Made by a program: the position numbers and the translations under genes
NCBI RefSeq assembly: GCF_000143415.4
Contig: NW_003314270.1
Location: 1,729,048-1,793,047, forward strand
Direction: 5' to 3'
Origin: Selaginella moellendorffii
Taxonomy: Eukaryota; Plantae; Lycopodiophyta
Length of the DNA: 64,000 nt
The notes under the pieces: model-generated
Told to the model about the DNA's origin: nothing
Databases searched by the model: none
The model's input: only the letters and a program-made list of their open reading frames with translations
In this document: one piece after another, positions 25,639 through 38,100 of the stretch
Layout of the letters: every line of letters starts with the position of its first letter
Numbering within the stretch: the first letter of the stretch is position 1

Positions 25639-28600
25639 TCACGCCTCCTCTGATTCAGATTCGGATTGTTCACCTTGAAATAAAATACATTAGAAACTTA
25701 GTAAAGGAATATTAATGAATCTCACCTTGAACCCGGGTTATGAATGCTCTTGCTGCATCTCTTGCATGGTCTGGCAAGGTGATGGTGGCACTCTGCTTCC
25801 GCATCCAACCATGCACAACATTATCCACCAATATGCTCATGCTGGGATCCCTTGGATTCAACACCCATCTCTTTTTTAGGCAATCCTTCGTATATCCGGA
25901 ACTTGGCTTGAACCACTCCACAGTTACATTGAAGGAGTTAGTTTCCGCGTCCTCCTCTGCATCAGTGATGCAGCGCCCCACCCATATCATTTGTTTTTTA
26001 TTACTGGGTCTGACAAGCACAGCCATTCCTTTGCAGACCTGTACTGGATTGAATGCTGAATCCGGCTTCTTGTTCCTCGGCCCACAATAATGATCCTCAA
26101 CATCGTTATCTGTCACTGCATTTCCAAAGGACATTGTTCCGCTACTATCTGGTGCTCTGGGTTCTGGCCAAAAGGACTCTTCCAATTCTTCATATACAAC
26201 CGGCCCATTTTGGATAGCAGATATAATCTTCTCCCAGTATTCGAGCAAAGGCTTGCACCTCTTAAAATAGGATTCTCCACCAAACACCAACCCCCTCTTC
26301 CAGAAGGCAATATGCTGTCTAATCCCGGCCACTATACTTTCCTGGTCTTTGAGTCCATCCGGGTGCATCGGCCGTGGGGAACCCTGAGGAATCATAGGTT
26401 CCCCAGTTATGGGATCTCTCTTGAAGAGTTCAATGCCGTCCACTGGCAGCCACACTGTGTCCCATTCTCTCATCTTGTACCTCATCACTGGAGCACCGTC
26501 ACGCATGCTGAAATGAAACTGAAGAGGCTTGGAGTGGCCAATCAGCGTTTCGGATCCGTCCCTGATGTAGCCTCTTACAAACCCCTTAAAGTCTGGAACC
26601 TCTGTCAGAAGTGCAGCTTCAACAGTGCCTTTGATGCAATTTTGGAATTCATCGTAGAGTTGTGGGAGGGTGAGGACATTGGATCGCCGGAGGGACTCTG
26701 CCAAGTGACTGAACATGGCATCGACGTCTTCATGAGTGTGCCCAACCATGAGAAAGCCAAGTGTAACCGTTTCAAATATGCCTTTGGCAACAAGCATCGC
26801 CAAGTACGCGAAGACGTACATGTTTTTGTTCTCACTGCCAGCATTGTCTGTTTGGAGCAGAAGATGGGGTGGAAGGCCACATCGGCCGCAAGAACTTCCT
26901 TGAGATTCTGCTTTGTTTGGATGAGGCTGTGCATTCACCGGGCGACCAGCCTCGTCGGAATGGCATGAGGCCTCACGTGATAACCCTACAATCTGACGGC
27001 CAACATATTCACTAGGATGGCATGGGGCCCCACGCGATACTGCAAGCCTTTGCTCCTCCTCCAGCTGAACCCTATATGGGGTTCGATCGACAAGGGCCTT
27101 ATGCAAGGGTTGGCCGTTCAGCTCAGTCTGCGCACTTTGCAGAGACCTTAAGTGTTTTGCTAGGGACGCAATCATCATGTTTGCACCCCCGCCACCCCAT
27201 AGAGGTACAAAGAAGTTCCCATAGTTCTGGGCACCATGCCCATGAGCGATTATGCCAAACAGAGACACAGGCAGCTGCATGGATGAAGAGATTGCCTTGG
27301 GGGCAGGATTGAGTCGAGGTAAGCACGTCTTTTTCTGGTCCATTTTGTCGTGGATGATGCAGAGGTAAGAGTCAGGTCTCTCCATGGAGAGAATCCTGTT
27401 ATGATAATATGCAGTCCTGCAGCTTCTCTGCTCGATGTTGTGGTCGAGCCGCCTTCTAACCAACGTCTCTCGCTCTTGAGCGCTGCAAGAATTCTTCGAC
27501 AAAGCCATTTTGATAGCAGTGCACTCGTCACACTTTGAAAAGCTGGAGTACTTTCCTATACTCACATCCCTGAACCTGTTGCTCCACAATCTACTAAATC
27601 TAGATTGGCTCAGCTTCCTGTAGCCATTACTCTGGAGTTCCCGATTCACATCTTCCAATATGGCCCCCTTGGTATACATGGAAGGGAGAACTCGTTGGGT
27701 GTCTCGTGTTCCATCTTCCAAGAGGCGGGTTTTATGTGGTTGCTGCTCGCTACATGTCTCGACAAACCTCTTGAAGATTGCCTCTCCATATACAACATGA
27801 CCCCTAGTTTTGTGCGTACCGTCGTTCCCATGGACTACCTGTTGAACCCTTTGTTCCTCGAACTCAGTTTTGATTCTGTAGAATGTGCTTCGAGGGACTC
27901 CATAAATGATTCTCCATGCCTTCATGCAGACCAAACCCCTCTGGAAGACCATGCCCCCCACCTGATGTTCTGAAGCATCAACAGATGACCGTAATGCCTC
28001 ATACACAAAATTGCGAGCTGCCTTCCAGGACAATGTCTTGTATCTTGCTCTCTCCTCTTCAATAGCATCCCAATCAGCATGTTGACAGCACCTCCTCTTG
28101 CAACAAGCAACTGTCGAGACCATTCGAACCTCCATCGCCATTTTCTGCCTTTTCGGTTCGTTGCTCAGATCCCTTTGGCTGCGCTTTAGGAAGGTGTACT
28201 TTCTTTTCCCATGAAGAGATGTTCTGTCATCAGTTGTAGTGGTGTTTGATTGTGAATCCTTCACATTCTCAAACACTAAATGCCTCAATTTCCACCGCAC
28301 AATGCTTTCAATAGTCAGACTGTTTTCTTCTGTGTCAACAACCTCTAAAATCGCAACTCCAATATCATCCCAGCCCAATTCTTGATTAGCAACCGCATCT
28401 CTTGGATCGACAACTGTGGCTAAGCCCTCAGCTACCACCTCCCCCTCGGGGTTGTTTAGAAACACCTTTGCCTGAATCCATGTAGCACGGTTCTTAAGAT
28501 CCACGGAGGGAACATGCGTCGCACTTGCGCTGTCCCCAACATCTGCTTTCTTCTGAAGATTTTTCAAGGCAACAACAACATTTACCCCGACGACCATCTC

Positions 28601-28780
28601 TCCTCGTTCAATAGCGACCACATTCCCATTGAAGACAGTCTCTACTGATACAGCAGCATTGCCTTCCCCAAGCCTTTGACAGTGTATAACAAAGTTCCGA
28701 TCCATAGACACAAGGGTCCCTTTTGCAACTCTCTTCCCACCATTCAAAATGTAAACCTTTTCCCCAACCCTGAAGGCCAT
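25639..28780 (-). CDS. Sola-like DDD transposase (~1030 aa); main exon 28780-25726, probable last exon 25673-25639
   Basis: Motifs CCKRRC, VCMKAWRIIYGV, FSKCDECT, IIHDKMDQ, LQTDNAGSENKN and GFLMVGHTHEDVDAMFS give the three catalytic Asp candidates. A 4-bp TSD fits Sola. Donor CAAG|GTGAG at 25725 and acceptor at 25674 add GEQSESESEEA*. Confidence 0.88.
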
Positions 28781-30306
28781 TCTGAAAGTGCAGAAAAGAA
28801 GTTAAGACCATACAAAAAATGATTGGAGAATGGCCTAAATCATAACATACCAAACAACCTCAATAGCATGAGGCCACATGCCATTATTCAAACATGCTAT
28901 TGACTCCCACGTGAAATTTCGCATTCACAAAATTGGCATGAGGCCTCATGCCATTAGTGGTACCACTAATGGCATGAGGCCTCACGCTATCTTTGGCCCC
29001 TGCTAGCCTGTTGCTATATTCCTTTCGCCTTGCTGCAACTGTATATATTTTTGTGTGCGTGACTAGTCACCCATACAAAATCGTCCTGTGGTTCTAACCA
29101 CAACGCCGCGTATATGGCATGATGACCGACGCCCCCTTTTTCCCATGAGGCCTCATGCCATCTTGATATACACATAGCTGCAGGCAAGTAAAAACATACA
29201 TGACAATACGCTAGCCATGAAATTGCAAGGGCCCAAGATGGCATGTGGCCTCATGCCATTTCTAAATGTGGTCCTAAGCCATTCCATGGTGAACATACCA
29301 GGAAGCACAAGTGCCGAATATCAAGAGGAACCAAAGACAGTGCCGCTCGCAACACCGCAACTACTCGTAGCGCCACTCGCAACACCGCAACTGCTCGTAG
29401 CGCCGCTCGCACAAACTGCCACTCGCATAAACTGCCGCTCGCAATGGCGCTCGCAATGCCGCAACCGCTTGTAGACGCATAAACCACAGCTCACAACGCC
29501 GCTTACACAAGCAGCGCTCACTGCGCTCAGCGGAACCAAGAACACGGCGCACAAAAATGATAGACCTAGGAATGAGTTCGAGAATTCAAAAATAACACAC
29601 GCTTGAACGTCACATCAAATCCTCTGACAAACCAGATCTTATGATTCCTCTGACAAATTTCAAACTGAGTAGCTTCTAGACTTTGTTGTCGGAGGTTGAA
29701 CTTTGTCACATCATGTCCTTGCCTCGATCCAGCTGTGCCATGTCAGTGATTCGAACTTTGCCATGCCATGTCAGCGATCCGCGCCAAGATTATTCGCTGT
29801 GTAAAGGAATAATTATGCTGTGTGTGTACGTCCATTTATGGCAATATAAGGCCACACGCCATTCAAAGAATAATGCTCGACATAAGGCCACACGCCATTC
29901 AAAGAATAATGCTAGTCGAGCATTTTTTGGTGCATTTCTGGGTTCAAAATTGCATGAGCCCACACGCTATAAAGTTTACCTGTACCAAAAATAGAAACAG
30001 CTTTATTTACTTGGGAATTTAAGTGGTTGAGGCATTTTTAAACTTACAAACACATGCCCTACTTACATTCCTTTGGTTGCTTAAAATTCAAAAATATTAT
30101 AAACCTTTCTTTTTGCATTTTCAATGTTTTCAATTATGGTTTTTGATTTTCGTAGGACCAGCCTAGTAATCTATTTGCATCCCGTCATGTTTATAGCTAG
30201 CTTTCGTTTGTCCCCTTCGCTAGCCTGAGATACATCTGCTCGGCATCTGCCTCTTACAGCATTTGCCCAGAAAGGGCATCTTTCTTCACGCAGCATTTGC
30301 CACATG

Positions 30307-30339
30307 TTTAAGGTTTAGGGTTTAGGGTTTAGGGTTTAG
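30307..30339 (+). repeat. Interstitial plant telomere-type repeat (TTTAGGG)n
   Basis: tttaaggtttagggtttagggtttagggtttag. Confidence 0.85.
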
Positions 30340-32160
30340 CAATTCAGTAGCTTGATAAACATGCAAATACAGAACTTGATGCAAAATCCTTTGATATGTC
30401 ACAATGCCCCTAGGACCATAAACACATTTCAATAGAGAGGGTCCTTTCATTTCATAACTCCTTACGTAGATCTTGGTGAAACCAGAGTTAGTGAAGTTAG
30501 TTTCTTGTGATCCTGCATCTGATTGTGATGTCCCTTTGCAGTGTCGATGGAAAGGTCAATGCACACCAAACTGTAAAATCTTGGAGAAAAATAACGGTCG
30601 GATCTATGGCAAATGCCCCTGAAACATTGTAAGGCTCGTGTGGTCTCATGTGGTGTCCGATCGAGATGCTTCTTTGCAGAGTCATCAAGAAAGACATTGT
30701 ATACCATTCTGTAAATCTAGTTGCGATCTAACGGTTGGATCTCTAGAAAACTCAAAAAAATCTCGCGCGTGTCAGAATATTTTAGGAATATACTCCTATG
30801 TGCCCCTGAAAATGGCATGCGGCCCCACGCCATTCAAGAGATAACGCCAGATGACGCCGAGAATTTTTTGGTGCATTTTTTGGGATCAAAATTGCATGAG
30901 CCCACACGCTATAAAGTTTATCTTTGCCAAATAGAGAAAAGTTTATCTGTGTCATGTGAGGTAGTTACAGTCCTTTGTGCTTGGCATCTGCCTCTTGCAG
31001 CATTTGCACTGAAAGGGAATTTTTCTCCATTCAGCATTTGGCCCTGAAAATGGCATGCGCCCACACGCCATTCAAGGAATAACGCCACAGGACGCCTGGA
31101 TTTTTGGGTTTAAAATGTTTAGGGTTTTTTGGGTTTTTTCAAATTATTTTGGGTCCAACGTTTTTTGGGTTTCTTTGGTTCAAAATTGCATGAGCCCACA
31201 CGCTATAATATTGATTTGAGAGAAAAATAGAAACAGATAGAATTTCTTTATTTAGCTGAACATCTGCCATTTTTGGAAATACAAGATGCTTTGGAATATC
31301 CAATCATGCATGGTATAAATATAGCGAGGGTATTAAATGATATCCCAATCATGATCTTTCTTTTGGATTTCGCGTGCATGCAGTCCGAGGAATGATGACG
31401 TTGCGGATTTCTTTTGGATTTTGCGTGCTTGCATGCGCGCGGCAATCCAGAAATTAATGGTGGCGCCCAAGTCCGAGGAATGATGACGTGGCGGGATTAC
31501 CAACCGTTGTGACATTTCGCGCGTGTGAGGTTAGGTTTTGCATTTTGCTTCGCGCTCGCGCTTGCATCACACTCGCGCTCGCATCGCGCTCCCACTCGCG
31601 ATCACGCTCACATTCGCGCCTTCTCTACAGGTTTCTCGTGTGCATCGGCGTCCACTCGCGCTTGCATCACACTCGCGCTCGCATCGCGCTCGTGTGCATC
31701 GGCGTCCACTTCAAGACACACCCAGTTTGTAACTTCGCCGCCAACTCCGCCGCCCACTTCGCCACCCACACGCAGCCCACTTGGCGTCCCGGGAGATTTC
31801 AGTGCCACTCTCCAACTATAAGTGGCAGAGTAGCCTTGCTGCTACGATCCGCTGCACACACAGTGCACATTCGCCAGCGAGTCCGGCCTCGATTGTCACG
31901 GCCTCCATTCGGCTTCAAATGGTAAGTCTTTTAGGCCAAGTAGAAAATGGCATGAGGCCACATGCCATTCAGTAGCAACATTGGCATGCACCGATTGGGC
32001 TCTCGAGTGCAGTCCGGTTACAGATGGCGTATAGCCTCACACCATCTTAGGATGCAGCCTCAAGACATCTGATGCAGTGGTGAATGGCGTGTGGCCTCAC
32101 GTTATTTCCAGCTGCTAGCTTTTCATCTGTCAGCTCTAATTGTTGTGCATTTCTGAACAG

Positions 32161-35100
32161 GCGAGGAAATGCGTTCTTCTTCCAGCCACTGTCAATGTGG
32201 ATGCAGAGAAGGGGGAGGAGCTCACCAGTTGGACTTTCGGGATGGAAGGCGAGGATCTGATGCTGTACAACACAGATGGTGGGAGAAAAGAATGCATGGG
32301 GATCCTCATCCAAGTGACAGACACTCCATGCAGTTCCATGCAAGAATATGGACTGGCACTTGTGGTAGAGACAGCGTCCGCCTTCAAGATCCACCTTGCA
32401 CATCCTAGCGGCTTCCCGGAGGGGGGCAGCGGCTATGAGGAATTCCTAGAGGGAGCTAGGGAGAGGTTGTCCAGGAGGCCCACAATTTCAAAGACGCTGC
32501 GGGTCTATGAAGATCACATGGAATCCACGGACCTCACCTACGGCGATGTTCAAAAACTATATTCCAACATTGAGCCGTTGAGAGTGCCTCCAGTTTGCGA
32601 AGCGAAGGGGAAGGGGGTCGATCTGGAAACTACCCCGAAGCAGAAAAGGGTGGTCAAGCTCAAGCCGACGTCCGACTCTGCTGCTCCAAAAAAGAAGCTA
32701 CTCAGTGATGCCATTGCCTCGGGTTCGAACACTACACCCACCAAAAAGAAGAGCCGCAAAGAGCAGAAAGAGCAAGAAGAGGCAGCAAAAATCATCGCAG
32801 ATAATAGTACTTGTTACTATTCCAACAAAGTATATACAATCGACGTGAGCCGTATCGAGATCCAAAGCAAATACAACCACAGGCTAGTATCTGATGAGTG
32901 GGTGGAGAAACTGAAGCAGAAGATGCTGGCAAGTCCAGTAACACCCGACATCGCAGGCGTGATCCCCTACTACCGAACAATGAAGGGCGAGACGAGGTTT
33001 CCAAACTTGATCAATAGGAAGGTGTTGGACGATCAGAACGTCCGGTTCTATGCCGTCTTCGGGCAGCATTCTAGCTTGGCGATGCAACAGATAGTTGTGG
33101 ATATTATGGTGGGCGAGGAGGTGAAGAAAGTCTTCAAGACAAGAGTTGTCCGCCTGATAAAAGGCAACTCGCCCCTCCGATCTATCATATACATCTCCCA
33201 CGCGCAGAATGTCAAGCAAGAAACGTGCTACAAATCGGGTCTGCACGAGACATTGGCACGAACACGGAAGTTCTGGGTTCAACTGAAGAAGCCACAAAAA
33301 CCAGGACAAGGACGTGCACTAGCAACTAGCGCCTGGCAGGTAAGCCTCGTTGCATGTGGCATAGCATGTGGCCTCACGCCATTTCCATTGCAGGAATTCT
33401 CGAGTCTTCTCTCGAAAACACTGGGGGTCAATGACACACTCAGCATCCATAACATTCTACTCGCGACAAAAGTTGTTTTTGACAAATGGGTAGATGTGCT
33501 GAGGAAGTACCATGACGGGGAGTTGCTAAACTCAATGGGTGTGGAGGACGGCCGGAAGCCCAATGATTTGAAGCTCAACGCCTTACGTTTCTCGCGGTCT
33601 CTAGACGACGACGACCTTCTGATAGTGGCTAATGCTCTTCTACGTGGTGAGGTAGTCTTCAACAAGACCAAAATGACTCCCGGCCATATTGTGACATACG
33701 AGGACTTGTGCACGACTCTGAGAGCTCGTGCGCTATTGAAGGATTGGATCTTCAAGCAAGTGGCCGTGGAGAGGGTGAGCATCGACACCACGCAAGAGAT
33801 GATGGAAGAGCTGGACTTGTCAAATGAAGACATCGACGACTACGTGAAGGGGGCCCCCAAGTTCATCGATCTGCTGCGGGATGCCACGAAAAGTAAAGCT
33901 GAGAAGTTGGATCAGTATCCAAATTTCATTAAGAGGGATGTCGACCGCCGGCTTCAGAAACAGCTCGACCCCGCAGCAGAGGCCTATCGAGAACCTTACC
34001 GGGTATACGTGAATTCGGATGAGGATCAAAGGTGGAGGAGCATCGTTTCCCGCGGAGATGAGCAGGTCAAGAACATCTTTTGTGTGATGGACTTCACAAA
34101 CGAGGAGATCACTCATGCAGACGAAGTCAGCTCCATCATTGACTTAATGGTGGGACTTGCGGAGGTGGAATCTTCAGTCCACTATATGATCTACGACTCC
34201 GAATCCTATCACAAGTTCTGGAAGGCCTTGAACGAGGTGAAGGCTCGGTTGAAAGGCAAGGAGATGCAGGAGATCCATGGTATAATGGCTAAGAAGAAGA
34301 TACCGACGAATGTCCGCATCTTCACACTCGCCCTTGTTATTGGTCCTGCAGCAGAGTGGGACTGGAGTGACTTCCCAGCTTCGTTCGACAAGGCCGATCG
34401 AATTGATCTGAGGGAGGTCAATTTACCCGTGCCTGAGGAACTGAAGACGGCTATGGAGCTTTCGAATCCAAAGAAAGCTCCAGGTGCAGCATGGGAAATG
34501 CTCAGCTGGGTCTTCAACGCAATAGCGGGTGACTCCAAGGGCAAATGCGTTGTCGAGTACAACTGCGGCGGACTATTCTTTCGAGCCGCACTACTCAAGG
34601 GTGTCCCATGTGTTGCGGTGACAAACTCCATTGAAGAGGTGACTTCAATGGAGCATATAATTACAGTTGCCAAAGAAAAACAGTATCTTCTCTACGAACC
34701 TGGTGAGTACGCACTTTAAGTTTAAATGTTATCTCACAAGCTCTGTATGCAGGAGCGTGGCCACCCCCAGATGCTGAAATGGCGTTAACAGCTACTGATG
34801 TTAGGCCGAGCTCACAACCTGCACAAGGTAAGGTCACGTGAGGCCTCACGCCATTTTGATTATAGATTGTTGTGAATATTCAGATACAAGGACTGAAAAG
34901 CGCACTGGTGGCGCATCGAAGAAGGACAAACAGACAAGCAATAGGAAAAAAGGAGGTACAAATTATATTTGCAATGGCGTGTGGTCTCATGCCATTCCTT
35001 GCAGGAGACACTTCTTCAAAGGCAAAACAGGCAAGCACCAGCCAAGCTCAAACTGACAGTGGTCATAAAAAGCGAAAGCACGTTGGACAGTCGTCGGGAT

Positions 35101-38100
35101 CAGAGGCGTTTGATTCGAAAAGGAAGAAGGGCAACGAAAAGATGATAGGTAATGCCTCGCGGTTATGGCGTGTGTGCTCATGCCATTCATTGCAGATCAA
35201 GGGCTGAGTGAAAGGAGCCAGTCACCACCTTCTGACTCAGATTCCTATGGCGGACTCCCCTTCCCCAATCTCAATGGAGAGGTACAATGGATGAGGGATG
35301 CTTTTCAAGTCAGGGCCACGTTTTTCTCATCTCGTCGTCTTCGAAGGGTGCAAGAACGTGCAGAAACCATGTTAAGACAGTCGCGTGAGGATACGGTCCT
35401 AGGTCAAGCACTAAAACAGGCTATGGATGTCTTGTATTTTGAGATGGAGACTCGGCCAGATGATTTTCCCAAGATGGTCCTGGAAAAACAAGCCATCCAG
35501 CCTGAGCAGCCTATGGAAGAAATGCAGGAGGGGGATGAGGAGCCAGAGAAAGATAATGAGCAGGAAGAGCAGAAGGACGAAGAGGAGGACAAAGAAGAGG
35601 AGGACGATGAAGAGGAGGACGAAGAAGAGGAGGTGAAGCTCGAAAGGAAAACCCCAAGCCCCAACACTACTAGTCAAGAATCCAAGGATCTTTCCACTTG
35701 GAAAGTAGCACACACTGCTTTGCCAAAAGGTAGGATGGATTGCATTGAATGGATGTGAGTATATAAACACAAGGAAGGGTTGCGACCCTTGAGTTGAGGA
35801 TCAGTGATGTGTCCAAAGGAGGCATCCCTTGGAACCTTGTGTCAACAAAGTAAGGGATGTGACTTATGGATCACTGAGGTGGCGGAGACTCAGTGACCCT
35901 TGGTGGAGATTGATGAAGTGTCGAAGGGGTGCCACTTAAGGATGGTCTAAACCCAAGGTTTAGCCCTAACCCAAGGATTAGTACTAACCTTAAGCCCAAA
36001 CTCACCACTTAGGCTCAACCTTAGCCCAAGCTAAGTATTTAGGCCATTTTTGGGGTGCGACATCACCCCCCCTCCAATAGTGCTACGTCCCGGAGCACTC
36101 TCCTCCTCACTCCCTTGAGATGGATAAAATGTCTCCGGCGGGTAGTACTTCCGTAGGCGAGACCCGTTCACGCGAGTAGAAAGAGAAGTTCCTTCCATAT
36201 CCTTGAGTTGCACCGAGCCGTTTGGAAACACAGCTTCCACTCGATATGGTCCAATCCAGCGAACTCGAAGTTTGCCAGGTCGCTTCCAATACTTACTCTC
36301 GTAGAGAAGTACTAGGTCACCCTCGTTGAAGAGCTTGAGACGAAGGAATCGGTCATACCATGCCTTCCTTCTTTTCTGGATAGCTTCCCGAGTTTGGAAA
36401 GCAAGTTGACGTCGCTCGTCCAACTTATCAAGCTGCTCCAACCTAGCTTGAAGAGCTCCATCCCAATCCATTGCGTGTTCCACCGCCATCCGCATGGAAG
36501 GAATCTCAAGCTCCAATGGCAACACCGCTTCTTGTCTGTAGACCAATTGAAAAGGTGAAGCATGAGTAGTTACCTTATAGGCAACACGATAAGCCCAAAG
36601 AGCGTCGAGCAACCGCTTATCCCAATCGGTTCGGTTGGCATTGGTGATCTTGGCCATGATCTCACACAGAGTCTTGTTGGTTCTCTCCACCTGCCCGTTG
36701 GCTCGAGGATGATAAGGGGTAGATTTCCGGTGGGAAATAGCATACTTCCTCACCAACTCTTCGATCACCTCATTGAGGAAATGTGTACCCCGATCACTAA
36801 CCAGCTCCAATGGGCACCCGAACCGTGTGATAATGTTCTCGTATAGGAACTCAGCCACTCGAGCTCCTGTGTCCTCCTTCAAGGCTTTTGCTTCAGCCCA
36901 CTTGGTCACGTAATCGGTGCACACCAAGATGTAGCGGCAATAAGTATGCCGAGTTGTGGGGAGTGGCCCCATAAAATCGATTCCCCACTTCTCAAATGGA
37001 AGAACTGGAATAATGGGTGTCAACGGCATCAAGTCCCTCCGGGTAGGTCTTCCACTTCTCTGGCATGGATCACAACTTCGCACGTACCTTGCGGTATCTC
37101 GGTATATAGTAGGCCACCAATAGCCTGCTTGAAGCACTAACCTTGCTGTAGCTGCTGCCCCAAAATGCCCAGCATATGGACTATCGTGGCATGAAGCCAC
37201 AATGGTTTCCACTTCATGTGGAAGAATGCACCGTCGTAAAACGTTATCACGTCCCACCTTATATAGTTGTCCAGCTATAAGTGTATACGCTCTTGCTTGA
37301 AGAACAAGCCTTTTCCTTTCCTGGCCTCTCAAGTTGTCTGGAAAATCTCCCGAAGAAAGGTAAGTAGCAATGCCAAAGTACCAGTCTGGTATGGCTTCCA
37401 CTGCAAAGGCCGCAACTCCGAAGAGAGCAGCATCTCCCAGGTCGTCAGGAATATCTTCCATAGAGGGTTGGGCTCGAACTCTGGAGAGATGGTCAGCCAT
37501 CACGTGAGCCTTTCCTGGTCGTAACACCACTTCGAAATCGAACTCTTGAAGGAGAAGTAACCATCTCGAAATCCTCCCAGTTCGGCAAGGCTTAAGTATC
37601 AAATACTTAAGTGCTTGATGATCAACGTAGAAGATGAACTTCTGGCCAAGTAGATAATGGCGGAACTTCTGTACCGCAAAGACCATGCCCAGTCCTTCAC
37701 GGTCTGTCGCAGAATAATTCCTCTCAGCCAATGAGAGTTGACGAGAAGTATAGAAAACCGGGTGATCCATTCCACCTTCCGGTTGGCATAAAACCGCACC
37801 AATAGCATAGGCCGAAGCATCCACGTGAACATGGAATGGTTTATCCCAGTTAGGAGGAACCAATATCGGAGCTTTCACCAAACACTCCTTCAACTCCTCA
37901 AAAGCTTGTTGGCACTTCGAACTCCATCGGAATTCCACTCCCTTCTTCAACAAGTTGGTCAAAGGCAATGCCTTCTCGGAGAATTTGTTGATGAACCTCC
38001 GGTGATATCCGACATGTCCAAGGAAGGCTTGAATGTCCTTCATGTTCACGGGTGCCTCCAACTCTTGAATCACTCGAATCTTAGCCGGGTCAATGCTCAA

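Noticed and set aside
34050-34660. Active DNA methyltransferase
   Set aside because: The catalytic (D/N/S)PPY and FxGxG motifs are degenerate, so only the fold is suggested.
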